Position numbers and translations under genes: made by a program. The notes beneath the pieces are model-generated. The model did not search any database, was not told where the DNA came from, and saw only the letters and a program-made list of their open reading frames with translations. From Christensenellales bacterium (GTDB lineage: Bacteria > Bacillota > Clostridia > Christensenellales > CALWSW01): a stretch of 64,000 nucleotides of DNA. Shown here in pieces: positions 1-7,983 of this stretch. The DNA lies in the NCBI GenBank assembly GCA_040768925.1, contig JAXGLZ010000003.1, forward strand, positions 383,688 through 447,687, read 5' to 3'. Position 1 is the stretch's first letter; the number at the start of each line of letters is the position of its first letter.

Positions 1-16
1 TCGAGTGTAATAAAAA

Positions 17-144
17 GTTCCGTTTGAGGGGCGCAGAGCTCGTTTTCGCCTTACACTCAACAAACGGAAACTCATAGGGTGTTCACCCGACAAACGGGCA
101 CAAAGTGGATTTGAACACTGTGTTCACTCGACAAACGGGGACAA
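17..144. repeat. Array of CAAACGG-core repeats upstream of the XRE gene
   Basis: Read directly: GTTCACCCGACAAACGGGCACAA (81-103) and GTTCACTCGACAAACGGGGACAA (122-144) are 21/23 identical at 41-bp spacing. There is a degenerate copy CACTCAACAAACGGAAAC (54-71) and an inverted core CCGTTTG (20-26). Confidence 0.6.
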
Positions 145-241
145 GAAACCACGCAAATACTTATTAAAATAATCAATTTGAATAATTTCTTTACTCAAAC
201 TGATTAGTATGTTATAATAGACTGCAAGTGGAGGTGTTAGC

Positions 242-550
242 ATGAAGTTTGGTGAACGATTGAGAACTCTGCGTATTGAAAGAGGATTGTCACAGAGGAC
301 TGTCGCAACGGCTATTTCTGTTTCTGTTAATGCTATATCACAATATGAGACTGATAAGCGCTTCCCAGACCAAGATGTACTTGTCAGACTTTGCACTTAC
401 TATAAAATATCAGCAGATTATCTACTTGGGCTAACAGACATTCACAGGTCCCCAAATACACCAGGAGAGATTTTATCTGGGATAATTGACAGTCAACAGC
501 ATGAGGCAATTGAAAAAATTATTGCTATGCTTACAGAAAAGGAGAAATAA
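242..550 (+). CDS. XRE-family helix-turn-helix transcriptional regulator
   Basis: N-terminal FGERLRTLRIERGLSQRTVATAISVSVNAISQYETDKRFP is a classic Cro/C1-type HTH. The stop lies 2 nt before the next ORF, so they are operonic. Confidence 0.85.
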   Translation: MKFGERLRTLRIERGLSQRTVATAISVSVNAISQYETDKRFPDQDVLVRLCTYYKISADYLLGLTDIHRSPNTPGEILSGIIDSQQHEAIEKIIAMLTEKEK

Positions 551-552
551 GT

Positions 553-1380
553 ATGGCAAATGTAATTCTATATGACGAGGCGTATTCTTTTTTGAAACAT
601 ACTGATTGGGACTTTACAGAAAACCAGCAGGATGATATTTCGCTAATTCACCCATATCCTGCCAGATTCATTGAAAGCATACCTTATAAACTTATTACTG
701 AAATAGGTTTAAATAAAAATGAAAGAGTGTTTGACCCATTCTGCGGAAGCGGTACTACTTTATTAGAAGCTCAAAAGTTGGGTTTTGAATCAATAGGCGT
801 AGATCTGAATCCTATTGCATGCTTAATATCAAGGGTTAAGACGCAAAAGGCCTTATCTAACATTATTGCAGAGGGAGAAGCGCTTTCTTCACGTGCCCTA
901 ATAAGATATCAGAAAGAAGAACTTTCCCTGCCAAGAATTCCAAATCTTAATCATTGGTTTAAAGATGATATCCAAAAAGCTATTTTCACGTTGATTTCTG
1001 AAATAAACGTGTTGCCGAATAAATGCATGCAAGATGCATTACGTTTCTGCTTGTCAAGCATTATTGTACGGGTATCAAATCAAGAAAGTGACACTCGTTA
1101 TGCTGCAGTTGAAAAGAAATCAAATGCAGCAGATGTCTATCGTAATTTTGAAAATGCTTTAAAAAGGCTTCAGTCAGCACAATCGCATAATAAGCCAAAT
1201 GTCTTCACTAAAATCATGAACAGAGACATTTTGTCAGTGCGCCACGATGAAATTGGAAGTAATATTGGGTTGCTTTCGCTATTAGCGAAAGATTGGATAA
1301 CACTCCTCGATACTGCAACGGTGAACCGTGACGGCAGAATCATATTCCGTTTCAAAAGTGGTGTGGAAATAATGGGTTAA
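553..1380 (+). pseudogene. DNA (N6-adenine/N4-cytosine) methyltransferase, truncated before catalytic motif IV and fused to an unrelated tail
   Basis: HPYPARF and the SAM-binding motif I FDPFCGSGTT are present. No (D/N/S)PP(Y/F/W) motif follows. The last ~38 aa (LSLLAKDWITLLDTATVNRDGRIIFRFKSGVEIMG) resemble the C-terminal end of Firmicute large serine recombinases. Confidence 0.6.
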
Positions 1381-1422
1381 CAATAGAAAAGGCTAAACCC
1401 CACCCCGTTTTATATTTTTATT

Positions 1423-1465
1423 GACTGCCACCCAAGGCTTAAATTGCCTGGCGGGCAGTCTTTTC
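1423..1465 (+). terminator. Putative rho-independent terminator
   Basis: GACTGCC (1423-1429) pairs with GGCAGTC (1454-1460) and is followed by TTTTC. The loop is long, so this is only moderately convincing. Confidence 0.4.
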
Positions 1466-1494
1466 AAATTTTTTATGAAATTACTCAAAAGTTA

Positions 1495-1523
1495 TTGACA
1501 TATGCCATAAACGGGGGTATAAT
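1495..1523 (+). promoter_or_regulatory. Consensus sigma-70/sigA-type promoter for the DUF5320-DUF134-NifX/MinD operon
   Basis: TTGACA (1495-1500), a 17-bp spacer TATGCCATAAACGGGGG, then TATAAT (1518-1523). It lies 45 nt upstream of the first gene of the operon. Confidence 0.7.
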
Positions 1524-1567
1524 AAGAATAAATGGCATATGCCACAAACCATAAGGAGGTGAAAAGT

Positions 1568-1849
1568 ATGCCAAGAAGGGATGGAACCGGCCCAATGGGT
1601 GCGGGATCAATGACTGGAAGAGGATTAGGGCTTTGCACAGGTGCTAATGCAGTAAAGTACGGAGCTGGTCTCGGAATGATGGGATTAGGTCTTGGACTTG
1701 CTTGCAGACGCGGTTTTGGTCGTGGCTTTGGTAGAGGTTTTGCGATTAACCAGACTTCTCCAAAAACACAAAAAGAGCTGCTGAATGAACAGAAAACCAT
1801 GTTGCAAGATCGACTCGAAGTTATTGATAAGCAATTAGAGAACCTATAA
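1568..1849 (+). CDS. DUF5320-family protein (Gly-rich, coiled-coil tail)
   Basis: MPRRDGTGPMGAGSMTGRGLGLC matches the DUF5320 N-terminal signature as I remember it. An AGGAGG RBS at 1553-1558 favours the ATG at 1568 over the ORF-track start at 1532. Confidence 0.7.
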   Translation: MPRRDGTGPMGAGSMTGRGLGLCTGANAVKYGAGLGMMGLGLGLACRRGFGRGFGRGFAINQTSPKTQKELLNEQKTMLQDRLEVIDKQLENL

Positions 1850-1912
1850 TGGGCATCAGAAATAACCGGAGGACGCTCTGGTTATTTCTGATTAGAATGG
1901 AGGTGATGAATT

Positions 1913-2290
1913 ATGGCGAGACCGATGAAGTGGAGAAAAGTTTGCTGTTTGCCTGAAAGCAATAGATTTGGGCCTCTTGATTCGCCTGCCGACGCTGAAA
2001 ACCATGTAAACATGACCGTAGACGAATATGAAACTATAAGGCTTATTGATTTGGAGGGCTTTACTCAAGAAGAGTGTGCCAAGCAAATGAATATTGCTCG
2101 TAGCACCGTTCAAGGCATTTATATAGAGGCCAGAAAAAAGCTGGCTGAATCTTTAGTAAATGGAAAGGTGCTTTCGATTGAAGGTGGCGAATACCGGCTT
2201 TGTGAAGGATTAGGGAATGGTTGTGGCCGTGGCTGCCATAGGCATAGGCGTGGTCGGCGCTTTATAGATGACGCGGATCGAGGTGACTGA
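1913..2290 (+). CDS. DUF134 (UPF0251) family putative DNA-binding protein
   Basis: [21 protein letters not shown] followed by an HTH-like segment ([29 protein letters not shown]) is typical of DUF134. The tail is Cys/Arg-rich. Confidence 0.7.
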   Translation: MARPMKWRKVCCLPESNRFGPLDSPADAENHVNMTVDEYETIRLIDLEGFTQEECAKQMNIARSTVQGIYIEARKKLAESLVNGKVLSIEGGEYRLCEGLGNGCGRGCHRHRRGRRFIDDADRGD

Positions 2291-2322
2291 TTATATATTC
2301 AGAAAAAGTAATTGAACATTTT

Positions 2323-2697
2323 ATGTGCCCTCAAAATGCCTATAGTATGCCGGATGCAGATGCTGAAGGAAGCTACGGAGATCCTTCCTGCGGAGATTAT
2401 TTAACCGTTTATTTAAAGGTAAAAGATAATCGTGTAGAGGAAAGCAGCTATCTTGTATTTGGGTGCCCGGCTTCAACTGCAACATCCAGTATGACGTCGG
2501 TATTAGCAAAGGGTAAAACCTTAGAGAAAGCATTGAATATTACGGAAGAAGATATTATTCAGGCTTTAGATGGACTTCCTGAAAATAAGGTTCATTGCAC
2601 AAATTTAGGTGTGAGTGCGCTACGCAACGCAATTGAGAATTATTTAAACAAAAATAGAACGGAGGGTTCTTATGAAAATAGCAATTCCAGTAGATGA
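2323..2697 (+). CDS. NifU/IscU-like Fe-S cluster scaffold domain protein
   Basis: Three conserved Cys contexts are present: GDPSCGD, FGCPASTATSS and HCTNLGVSALRNAI. The conserved N-terminus (YSEKVIEHF) is encoded upstream of the first ATG (see findings). Confidence 0.75.
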   Translation: MCPQNAYSMPDADAEGSYGDPSCGDYLTVYLKVKDNRVEESSYLVFGCPASTATSSMTSVLAKGKTLEKALNITEEDIIQALDGLPENKVHCTNLGVSALRNAIENYLNKNRTEGSYENSNSSR

Positions 2698-3040
2698 GAA
2701 AACCTTGGAGTCGAATGTATGTGTATCCTTTGGACGTACTCCCTATTTTCTTATTTATGATGTAGAAACCAAGGAAAGTATATTTATTGACAACAGTGCG
2801 GCGGCAAGCACAGGAGGTGCAGGGATTAAAGCTGCACAAATAATAGTGGATAACAAAGCCAATGCCTTGCTCACTCCCCGCTTAGGAGAAAATGCTGCTG
2901 ATGTGCTAAAACCCGCTGAAATCAAAATTTATAAAACGACAACAGGTTCAGCGAAAGATAATATTGATGCTTTTATTGCCGGAAAACTTTCTTTGCTGGA
3001 TGAAACTCATGCCGGATTTCACGGGCACGGGGGCAATTAA
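2672..3040 (+). CDS. NifB/NifX-family (dinitrogenase FeMo-cofactor-binding-like) domain protein
   Basis: MKIAIPVDE...VCVSFGRTPYFLIYD...GGAGIKAAQIIVDNKANALLTPRLGENA is the NifX/NifB C-terminal domain pattern. Confidence 0.7.
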   Translation: MKIAIPVDEKTLESNVCVSFGRTPYFLIYDVETKESIFIDNSAAASTGGAGIKAAQIIVDNKANALLTPRLGENAADVLKPAEIKIYKTTTGSAKDNIDAFIAGKLSLLDETHAGFHGHGGN

Positions 3041-3041
3041 T

Positions 3042-3902
3042 ATGAGAATAGCTGTGCTTAGCGGCAAGGGCGGCACAGGAAAAACACTGGTATCAGTGAA
3101 TTTAGCTGCGGCATCGAAGGAATCCACATATATAGACTGTGATGTAGAAGAGCCGAATGGACATCTGTTTTTTAAGCCTGAAGGAGTCAGGGAGGAAGAA
3201 ATAACAGTAAAGATTCCAAAAGTGGATGAAGAATTATGCAATGGATGTCGAAAATGCGTTGATTTTTGCAACTTTAACGCCCTCGCCTATATTAAAAACA
3301 AACTGATTGTCTTTGACGATGTGTGCCACTCCTGCGGTGGCTGTATCTTGGTTTGTCCTGAAAAGGCACTAACAGAGAAAGCAAAGGTTATTGGCAAAGT
3401 ACAAAAAGGGATTTCCGACGAAGTAACGGTATGGACAGGAATATTGAACACCGGTGAAGCTACGGGGATTCCTATTATAAAAAAGCTACTTGAGGAAAAC
3501 TCGGAAGAAAATAAGCAGACATTTATCGACTGTCCTCCAGGAAGCGCCTGTATTGTAATGGAAAGCATCAAAGATGCGAACTATTGTATATTGGTAGCTG
3601 AGCCGACATTGTTTGGTGTTCATAACCTCAATATGGTATACGAATTGGTCAAGTTATTTAATAAGCCATTTGGGGTGGTTCTTAACAAATGTTTAGAAGA
3701 AGAAAACCCTGCAGAGAAGTTTTGCTTAGAAAAAAATATTAACATTTTAAGTCAAATTCCATTTGACAATGAACTTGGAACCCTGAACTCGAATGCAGAA
3801 ATTGCTGTTAATAAAAATGAAAAGTACCGAGAACTGTTTGCTTCTCTGCTTAACACGGTGAGAAAGGAGGTGCAGTGTAATGAAACAACTACTAATCCTT
3901 AG
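3042..3902 (+). CDS. MinD/ParA-type P-loop ATPase with 4Fe-4S ferredoxin insert
   Basis: Deviant Walker A SGKGGTGKT sits at the N-terminus (start taken at ATG 3042, MRIAVLSGKGG). Two Cys clusters are present: CNGCRKCVDFC and CHSCGGCILVCP. Confidence 0.8.
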   Translation: MRIAVLSGKGGTGKTLVSVNLAAASKESTYIDCDVEEPNGHLFFKPEGVREEEITVKIPKVDEELCNGCRKCVDFCNFNALAYIKNKLIVFDDVCHSCGGCILVCPEKALTEKAKVIGKVQKGISDEVTVWTGILNTGEATGIPIIKKLLEENSEENKQTFIDCPPGSACIVMESIKDANYCILVAEPTLFGVHNLNMVYELVKLFNKPFGVVLNKCLEEENPAEKFCLEKNINILSQIPFDNELGTLNSNAEIAVNKNEKYRELFASLLNTVRKEVQCNETTTNP

Positions 3903-4755
3903 CGGCAAAGGTGGCACCGGAAAAACGACAATAGCGAGTGCGTTTATAAAGCTTGCTGATGCCAAAGCATATGCGGATTGTGATGTAGATGCGCCTAACC
4001 TGCACCTCATTACGGGATGGGGTGTTGAGCCTGCAAAAGCAGATTATTATGGGTTGCCAAAAGCAGAGATAAACCCGGAACTGTGTACCCAGTGCGATCA
4101 GTGTAGAGAAAACTGCCGATTTGATGCGATCAAAGCAGAGTCGCACTATAAGGTTGATCCTTTTGCATGTGAAGGCTGCGGCGTTTGCGCATATGTTTGT
4201 CCTGTGGAAGCGATAACTATGATACCGGCCGTGGCTGGAGAATTGATGCTGTATTCTGATGGAGAAAAAGTATTTTCAACAGGGCAGCTCAAAATGGGCA
4301 GTGGTACCTCCGGATTGCTTGTCACTGAGGTAAAAAAACAAATGAAGGCGGCAGCAGTTGAAACTGAACTGGCCATTATTGATGGATCTCCCGGAATAGG
4401 CTGCCCTGTTATTGCATCCCTTAGCGGCGTGGATATGGTTTTGATCGTCGCAGAACCTTCTATATCAGGTATCAGCGATATGGAGCGCATTATAAATACG
4501 GCGGAGAAATTCGGCACTAAGACAGCAGTATGTATAAACAAATATGACACCAACACTAAAAACGCTGAAAAGATTGAACAGTTTTGTAAAAGACAAGATC
4601 TGCCCTTTTTCGGTAGGATACCGTTTGATTCCAACGCCGTAAAAGCTATTAATAATGGTCAAACCATTGTAGATATAGACTGCATATCGGGGACGGCTGT
4701 TAAAGAGGTCTATCACAAGACGATAAACCTGCTTCTTGAAAAGGGTGGTGGCTAA
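3880..4755 (+). CDS. MinD/ParA-type P-loop ATPase with 4Fe-4S ferredoxin insert (paralog)
   Basis: SGKGGTGKTT Walker A plus CTQCDQCRENC and CEGCGVCAYVCP clusters. It overlaps the previous gene by 23 nt. Confidence 0.8.
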   Translation: MKQLLILSGKGGTGKTTIASAFIKLADAKAYADCDVDAPNLHLITGWGVEPAKADYYGLPKAEINPELCTQCDQCRENCRFDAIKAESHYKVDPFACEGCGVCAYVCPVEAITMIPAVAGELMLYSDGEKVFSTGQLKMGSGTSGLLVTEVKKQMKAAAVETELAIIDGSPGIGCPVIASLSGVDMVLIVAEPSISGISDMERIINTAEKFGTKTAVCINKYDTNTKNAEKIEQFCKRQDLPFFGRIPFDSNAVKAINNGQTIVDIDCISGTAVKEVYHKTINLLLEKGGG

Positions 4756-4760
4756 AAGGC

Positions 4761-5040
4761 ATGCGTATTAAAGCTTTAGTAGAAAACACATCGATATCAA
4801 ACGACTTTGGCAGCGAGCATGGACTTAGCCTGTATATCGAAACAAAGAAACACAAAATATTATTTGATGTTGGTGCAAGCGAGTTGTTTCTTCAAAATGC
4901 AAAAAAGCTTGATGTGAATATTGCTGATGTTGATTTTCTCGTAATTTCCCATGGGCACTATGACCATGGCGGAGGACTAAATACATTTTTGAAAGAAAAC
5001 ACAAAAGCTGAGGTATTTCTACATCGGCTCGCTTTTGGGA
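4761..5040 (+). pseudogene. MBL-fold metallo-hydrolase, N-terminal ~93 aa only
   Basis: The HxHxDH motif is present (ISHGHYDHGGG). The reading frame then runs out of frame into the Mrp-like gene, and the ORF tail RYSGCGYYRAFYPESLW is not MBL-like. Confidence 0.65.
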
Positions 5041-5682
5041 AACACTACCGCTATTCTGGATGCGGATATTACCGGGCCTTCTATCCCGAAAGCCTTTGGC
5101 ATCAAGGAGAAAGCCTCAGGAAATGAATTCGGTCTATTTCCTGTTAAGACAAAGACCGGTATTGACATAATGTCAGTTAATTTGCTTTTAGAAAACGATA
5201 CTGATCCGGTTGTCTGGAGAGGGCCTATTATTGCCGGAACAGTGAAGCAGTTTTGGACAGATGTTATCTGGAGCGATGTGGATTTCATGTTCATTGATAT
5301 GCCGCCGGGTACCGGTGATGTTCCTCTTACGGTATTTCAATCCATTGCTGTTGACGGAATTATTGTTGTGACTTCGCCACAAGAACTGGTATCCATGATT
5401 GTATCAAAAGCTGTTAAGATGGCTGAGATGATGAATATCCCCATTATCGGTCTGGTAGAAAATATGTCCTATTTTAAATGCCCTGATAACGGCAAGGACT
5501 ATCAGATATTTGGCGAAAGCCATATTGAAAAAATTGCCGATAAACATAATTTAAAGGTTCTTGCTAAACTACCTATTGAACCGAAGATTTCAGCTGCGTG
5601 TGACAAGGGTATGATAGAGCTTTTCGATGGCAATTGGCTTGAGCCGGTTGCAAAAATATTAGAAAAAATGGAGGAAAACTAA
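5035..5682 (+). pseudogene. Mrp/NBP35/ApbC-family Fe-S cluster carrier ATPase lacking its N-terminus and P-loop
   Basis: It begins at ...AILDADITGPSIPKAFG and continues DMPPGTGDVPLTV. The GKGGVGKS Walker A that precedes this segment in the family is absent. The ORF-track start is only a TTG at the junction. Confidence 0.65.
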
Positions 5683-5683
5683 A

Positions 5684-6043
5684 ATGATGAAAATTGCAGT
5701 AGCGAGCGAAAATGGAATGGTGACGGAGCACTTTGGACATTGCGAAGGTTTCATGATTTTTGACACCGAAAACGATAAAATTGTCAAAAGTGAAACCATC
5801 GCCAACCCCGGACATAAGCCTGGATTCTTGCCTAACTTTCTTGCCGATCGTGGCGTAAATGTCATTATCAGCGGTGGTATGGGTGGAGGTGCAGTCGAGA
5901 TTTTTAATGAAAGGAACGTTGAAGTTGTAGTAGGACCTTCTGGCGACGCGAAAGCTTCTGTAGAAGCGTACCTGAAAGGCTCTTTAAAATCGACTGGTTC
6001 AGTTTGCCATGAACATCAGCATCATGATGAGTGCGGTGAATAA
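5684..6043 (+). CDS. NifB/NifX-family domain protein (second copy)
   Basis: MMKIAVASENGMVTEHFGHCEGFMIFD...GGMGGGAVEIF matches the NifX-like fold. The tail is His/Cys-rich (CHEHQHHDECGE). Confidence 0.7.
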   Translation: MMKIAVASENGMVTEHFGHCEGFMIFDTENDKIVKSETIANPGHKPGFLPNFLADRGVNVIISGGMGGGAVEIFNERNVEVVVGPSGDAKASVEAYLKGSLKSTGSVCHEHQHHDECGE

Positions 6044-6193
6044 ATTAAATGCGCTACCTTCAAAGTCGTTGAAGTGATATTTTTGACGCATAATAAAAAC
6101 AGAATGCTCTCCCTTTCGGCCGCCCGAATAAGTTCAGAGATGAACGATTGGGCGGTTGAATATTGGAGAAAAATCCAAATAATAAATACAAAC

Positions 6194-6490
6194 TTACTCG
6201 AAAAACTTGTTCAACAGTGTAACAGAAACAGAATTAAATTCTATCAAGCCGTCCTCCCTCATTTTAGCGAGTTCCCTGGATAGAGATGTCCTTTGAACGC
6301 CTATTCTTTCGGCTAACGCCTTTTTTGTCATGCTAAGCTTAATTATACTCGAATTTTGTTTTTTGGCCTCAAAATTTAAGTAGCTTATTATACTTTCCCG
6401 GATGGTCCTATTCACATAGTGCTTGATTCTGTCTCCAAGGATTACCGTATGGTCTGATACATACTCAAGGTATAGCTGGAATGACATCCA
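6194..6490 (-). pseudogene. Crp/Fnr-family regulator, C-terminal HTH half only
   Basis: TIRESIISYL...LSMTKKALAERIGVQRTSLSRELAKMREDGLIEF is the Crp-family DNA-binding domain. No cNMP-binding beta-barrel lies upstream. The 5' end is joined to a recombinase stub. Confidence 0.6.
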
Positions 6491-6578
6491 ACTCCTCCAA
6501 GTCAACACCTTTATATCGTTCACGAATACGCGCCTTCTGGCTCTCGGTATCCCTTATCTGTGTTTCATTCTCTTTCAT
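6465..6578 (-). pseudogene. 5' stub (about 35 codons) of a large serine recombinase gene
   Basis: MKENETQIRDTESQKARIRERYKGVDLEELDVIPA is the leader that precedes the catalytic RVAxYxRVS segment in Clostridial large serine recombinases. A GGGAG RBS lies 8 nt upstream of ATG 6578. The catalytic domain is missing. Confidence 0.5.
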
Positions 6579-6795
6579 TGCATTACTCCCATAAACACGG
6601 TCAGTTTTTAATGATATATGGATAAACTGAAAAAGGAAATGCACCACAGGTCAACTGATTGACCTACAGTGCATTTTCAGCATAAATTTACTTTGTTATG
6701 ATATAACCCAATCTGTACGGCTTGTTTAATGAAGCCGGAGAGTTATTCCTGTTGTGTAGAATGGAAAAAAGTCTGTACAACAGGAGGATAAAATT

Positions 6796-7149
6796 GTGTC
6801 ATTAAACTTTATACTTATAGGTCGCAGGGTAAAGGAATCGCGCTTGCAGAAAGGAATATCCCAGGCGGATCTGGCAGAACAAATTGATATGTCCGTTTCA
6901 TATATAAGCCGCATTGAAACAGCAGAAAAGCAAGCGAGCCTGGAAGCGCTGGTGCGTATTGCGAATGCTCTCGGCATAACAGTGGATCATTTGCTCAACG
7001 GTAATCAGGAAAATGACCCGGTTGAGTATCTTGCAGATTTGGTGCAGCTTATGGAGGGGTGTACCAGCTATGAAAAACGGATTATATATGATGTTGCTTT
7101 GGCTATAAAAAAGAGCCTTCTTGAAAACAGGGACCAACAGTGCAATTAA
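6796..7149 (+). CDS. XRE-family HTH transcriptional regulator
   Basis: IGRRVKESRLQKGISQADLAEQIDMSVSYISRIETAEKQASLEALVRIANALG. GTG start at 6796 follows an AGGAGG RBS (6782-6787). Confidence 0.85.
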   Translation: MSLNFILIGRRVKESRLQKGISQADLAEQIDMSVSYISRIETAEKQASLEALVRIANALGITVDHLLNGNQENDPVEYLADLVQLMEGCTSYEKRIIYDVALAIKKSLLENRDQQCN

Positions 7150-7269
7150 ACAAATTTAGTGTTATAATTCTTAAGTGACTTAGTGGAGATTTCCGTGAGG
7201 CGATCCTTGAATTTTGGGGTAACGGACGGTCAATTGATATAAAAGCAAAGCCAGATGGAGATGTGAGAT

Positions 7270-7977
7270 ATGACCAATTACAACCTTTACTGCGATGAGA
7301 GTTGTCATTTGGAGAAGGATGGCATTAATGTGATGGTACTTGGCGCCGTCTGGTGTTCGCATGATCACGTCAGGGAAATCAATAAACAGATTCGTGAAAT
7401 AAAGGCTCGAAATGGGATCTCTGAAACTGCTGAGATGAAGTGGAGCAAGATTAGCTCCACCAATGCTCAGCTTTATCTTGACCTCGTCAATTTCTTCTTC
7501 GATGAGAGCGATCTGCATTTCAGGGCTCTGATCATTCCTGACAAATCGCAACTGGATCATGCTCGGTTTAATCAAACACACGATACTTGGTACTACAAGA
7601 TGTACTATGAGATGCTAAAAGCGATTCTCTCGCGCGAGAATTGCTACGAAATCTATATTGATGTTAAGGACACTCATACCAATAGGAAAGCCCAGAAGCT
7701 AAGGGAAATATGTTCTAATTCCATGTATGATTTTGAAGCAAGGGCGATTCAGAAGCTGCAGCCGGTGCGCTCTGAGGAGGTACAGATTATGCAGATAGTC
7801 GATCTGTTAATAGGTGCCATGGGGTATAACAATAGGGTTTTCGAGGACGGTCACCAAAAGAGCGAGGCTAAACTCAGTATCATAGATCTGATTAAAAGAC
7901 GATCTGGCCTTAGTCTGAATAAAAGCACATTGCTGCGTGAAGACAAGTTTAATTTATTTTTCTGGGAGGCCAGGTAA
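7270..7977 (+). CDS. DUF3800 domain protein
   Basis: N-terminal NLYCDESCH (the YxDES hallmark), then KWSKISS and a C-terminal QIVDLLIGAMGY. This matches DUF3800 as I remember it. Confidence 0.65.
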   Translation: MTNYNLYCDESCHLEKDGINVMVLGAVWCSHDHVREINKQIREIKARNGISETAEMKWSKISSTNAQLYLDLVNFFFDESDLHFRALIIPDKSQLDHARFNQTHDTWYYKMYYEMLKAILSRENCYEIYIDVKDTHTNRKAQKLREICSNSMYDFEARAIQKLQPVRSEEVQIMQIVDLLIGAMGYNNRVFEDGHQKSEAKLSIIDLIKRRSGLSLNKSTLLREDKFNLFFWEAR

Positions 7978-7983
7978 GAGACT

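Noticed and set aside
124-396. A 90-aa ORF on the minus strand overlapping the repeat array and the XRE gene.
   Set aside because: It is antisense to a well-supported HTH gene, has no RBS and has no recognisable motif.
4761-5682. Programmed ribosomal frameshift or a genuine MBL-Mrp fusion protein.
   Set aside because: Both partners lack essential parts: most of the MBL fold and the Mrp Walker A. No slippery heptamer or stimulatory structure is visible at the junction. A simple deletion explains it better.
2323-6043. A nitrogen-fixation (nif) cluster, suggested by NifU-like, NifX/NifB-like and NifH-like (MinD-type) proteins.
   Set aside because: There are no nifH/D/K, nifE/N or radical-SAM NifB genes. 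The ATPases carry ferredoxin inserts typical of the MinD/CooC-like group rather than NifH. This gene set occurs in non-diazotrophs.
1255-6578. The two serine-recombinase fragments (3' tail on the plus strand at 1265-1380, 5' stub on the minus strand at 6465-6578) as halves of one gene split by inversion of the intervening operon.
   Set aside because: Re-inverting the segment would join only about 35 N-terminal and about 38 C-terminal codons, with no catalytic or recombinase domain. The partner sequences at the two junctions (methylase, Crp) are also unrelated. They are more likely independent deletion scars.
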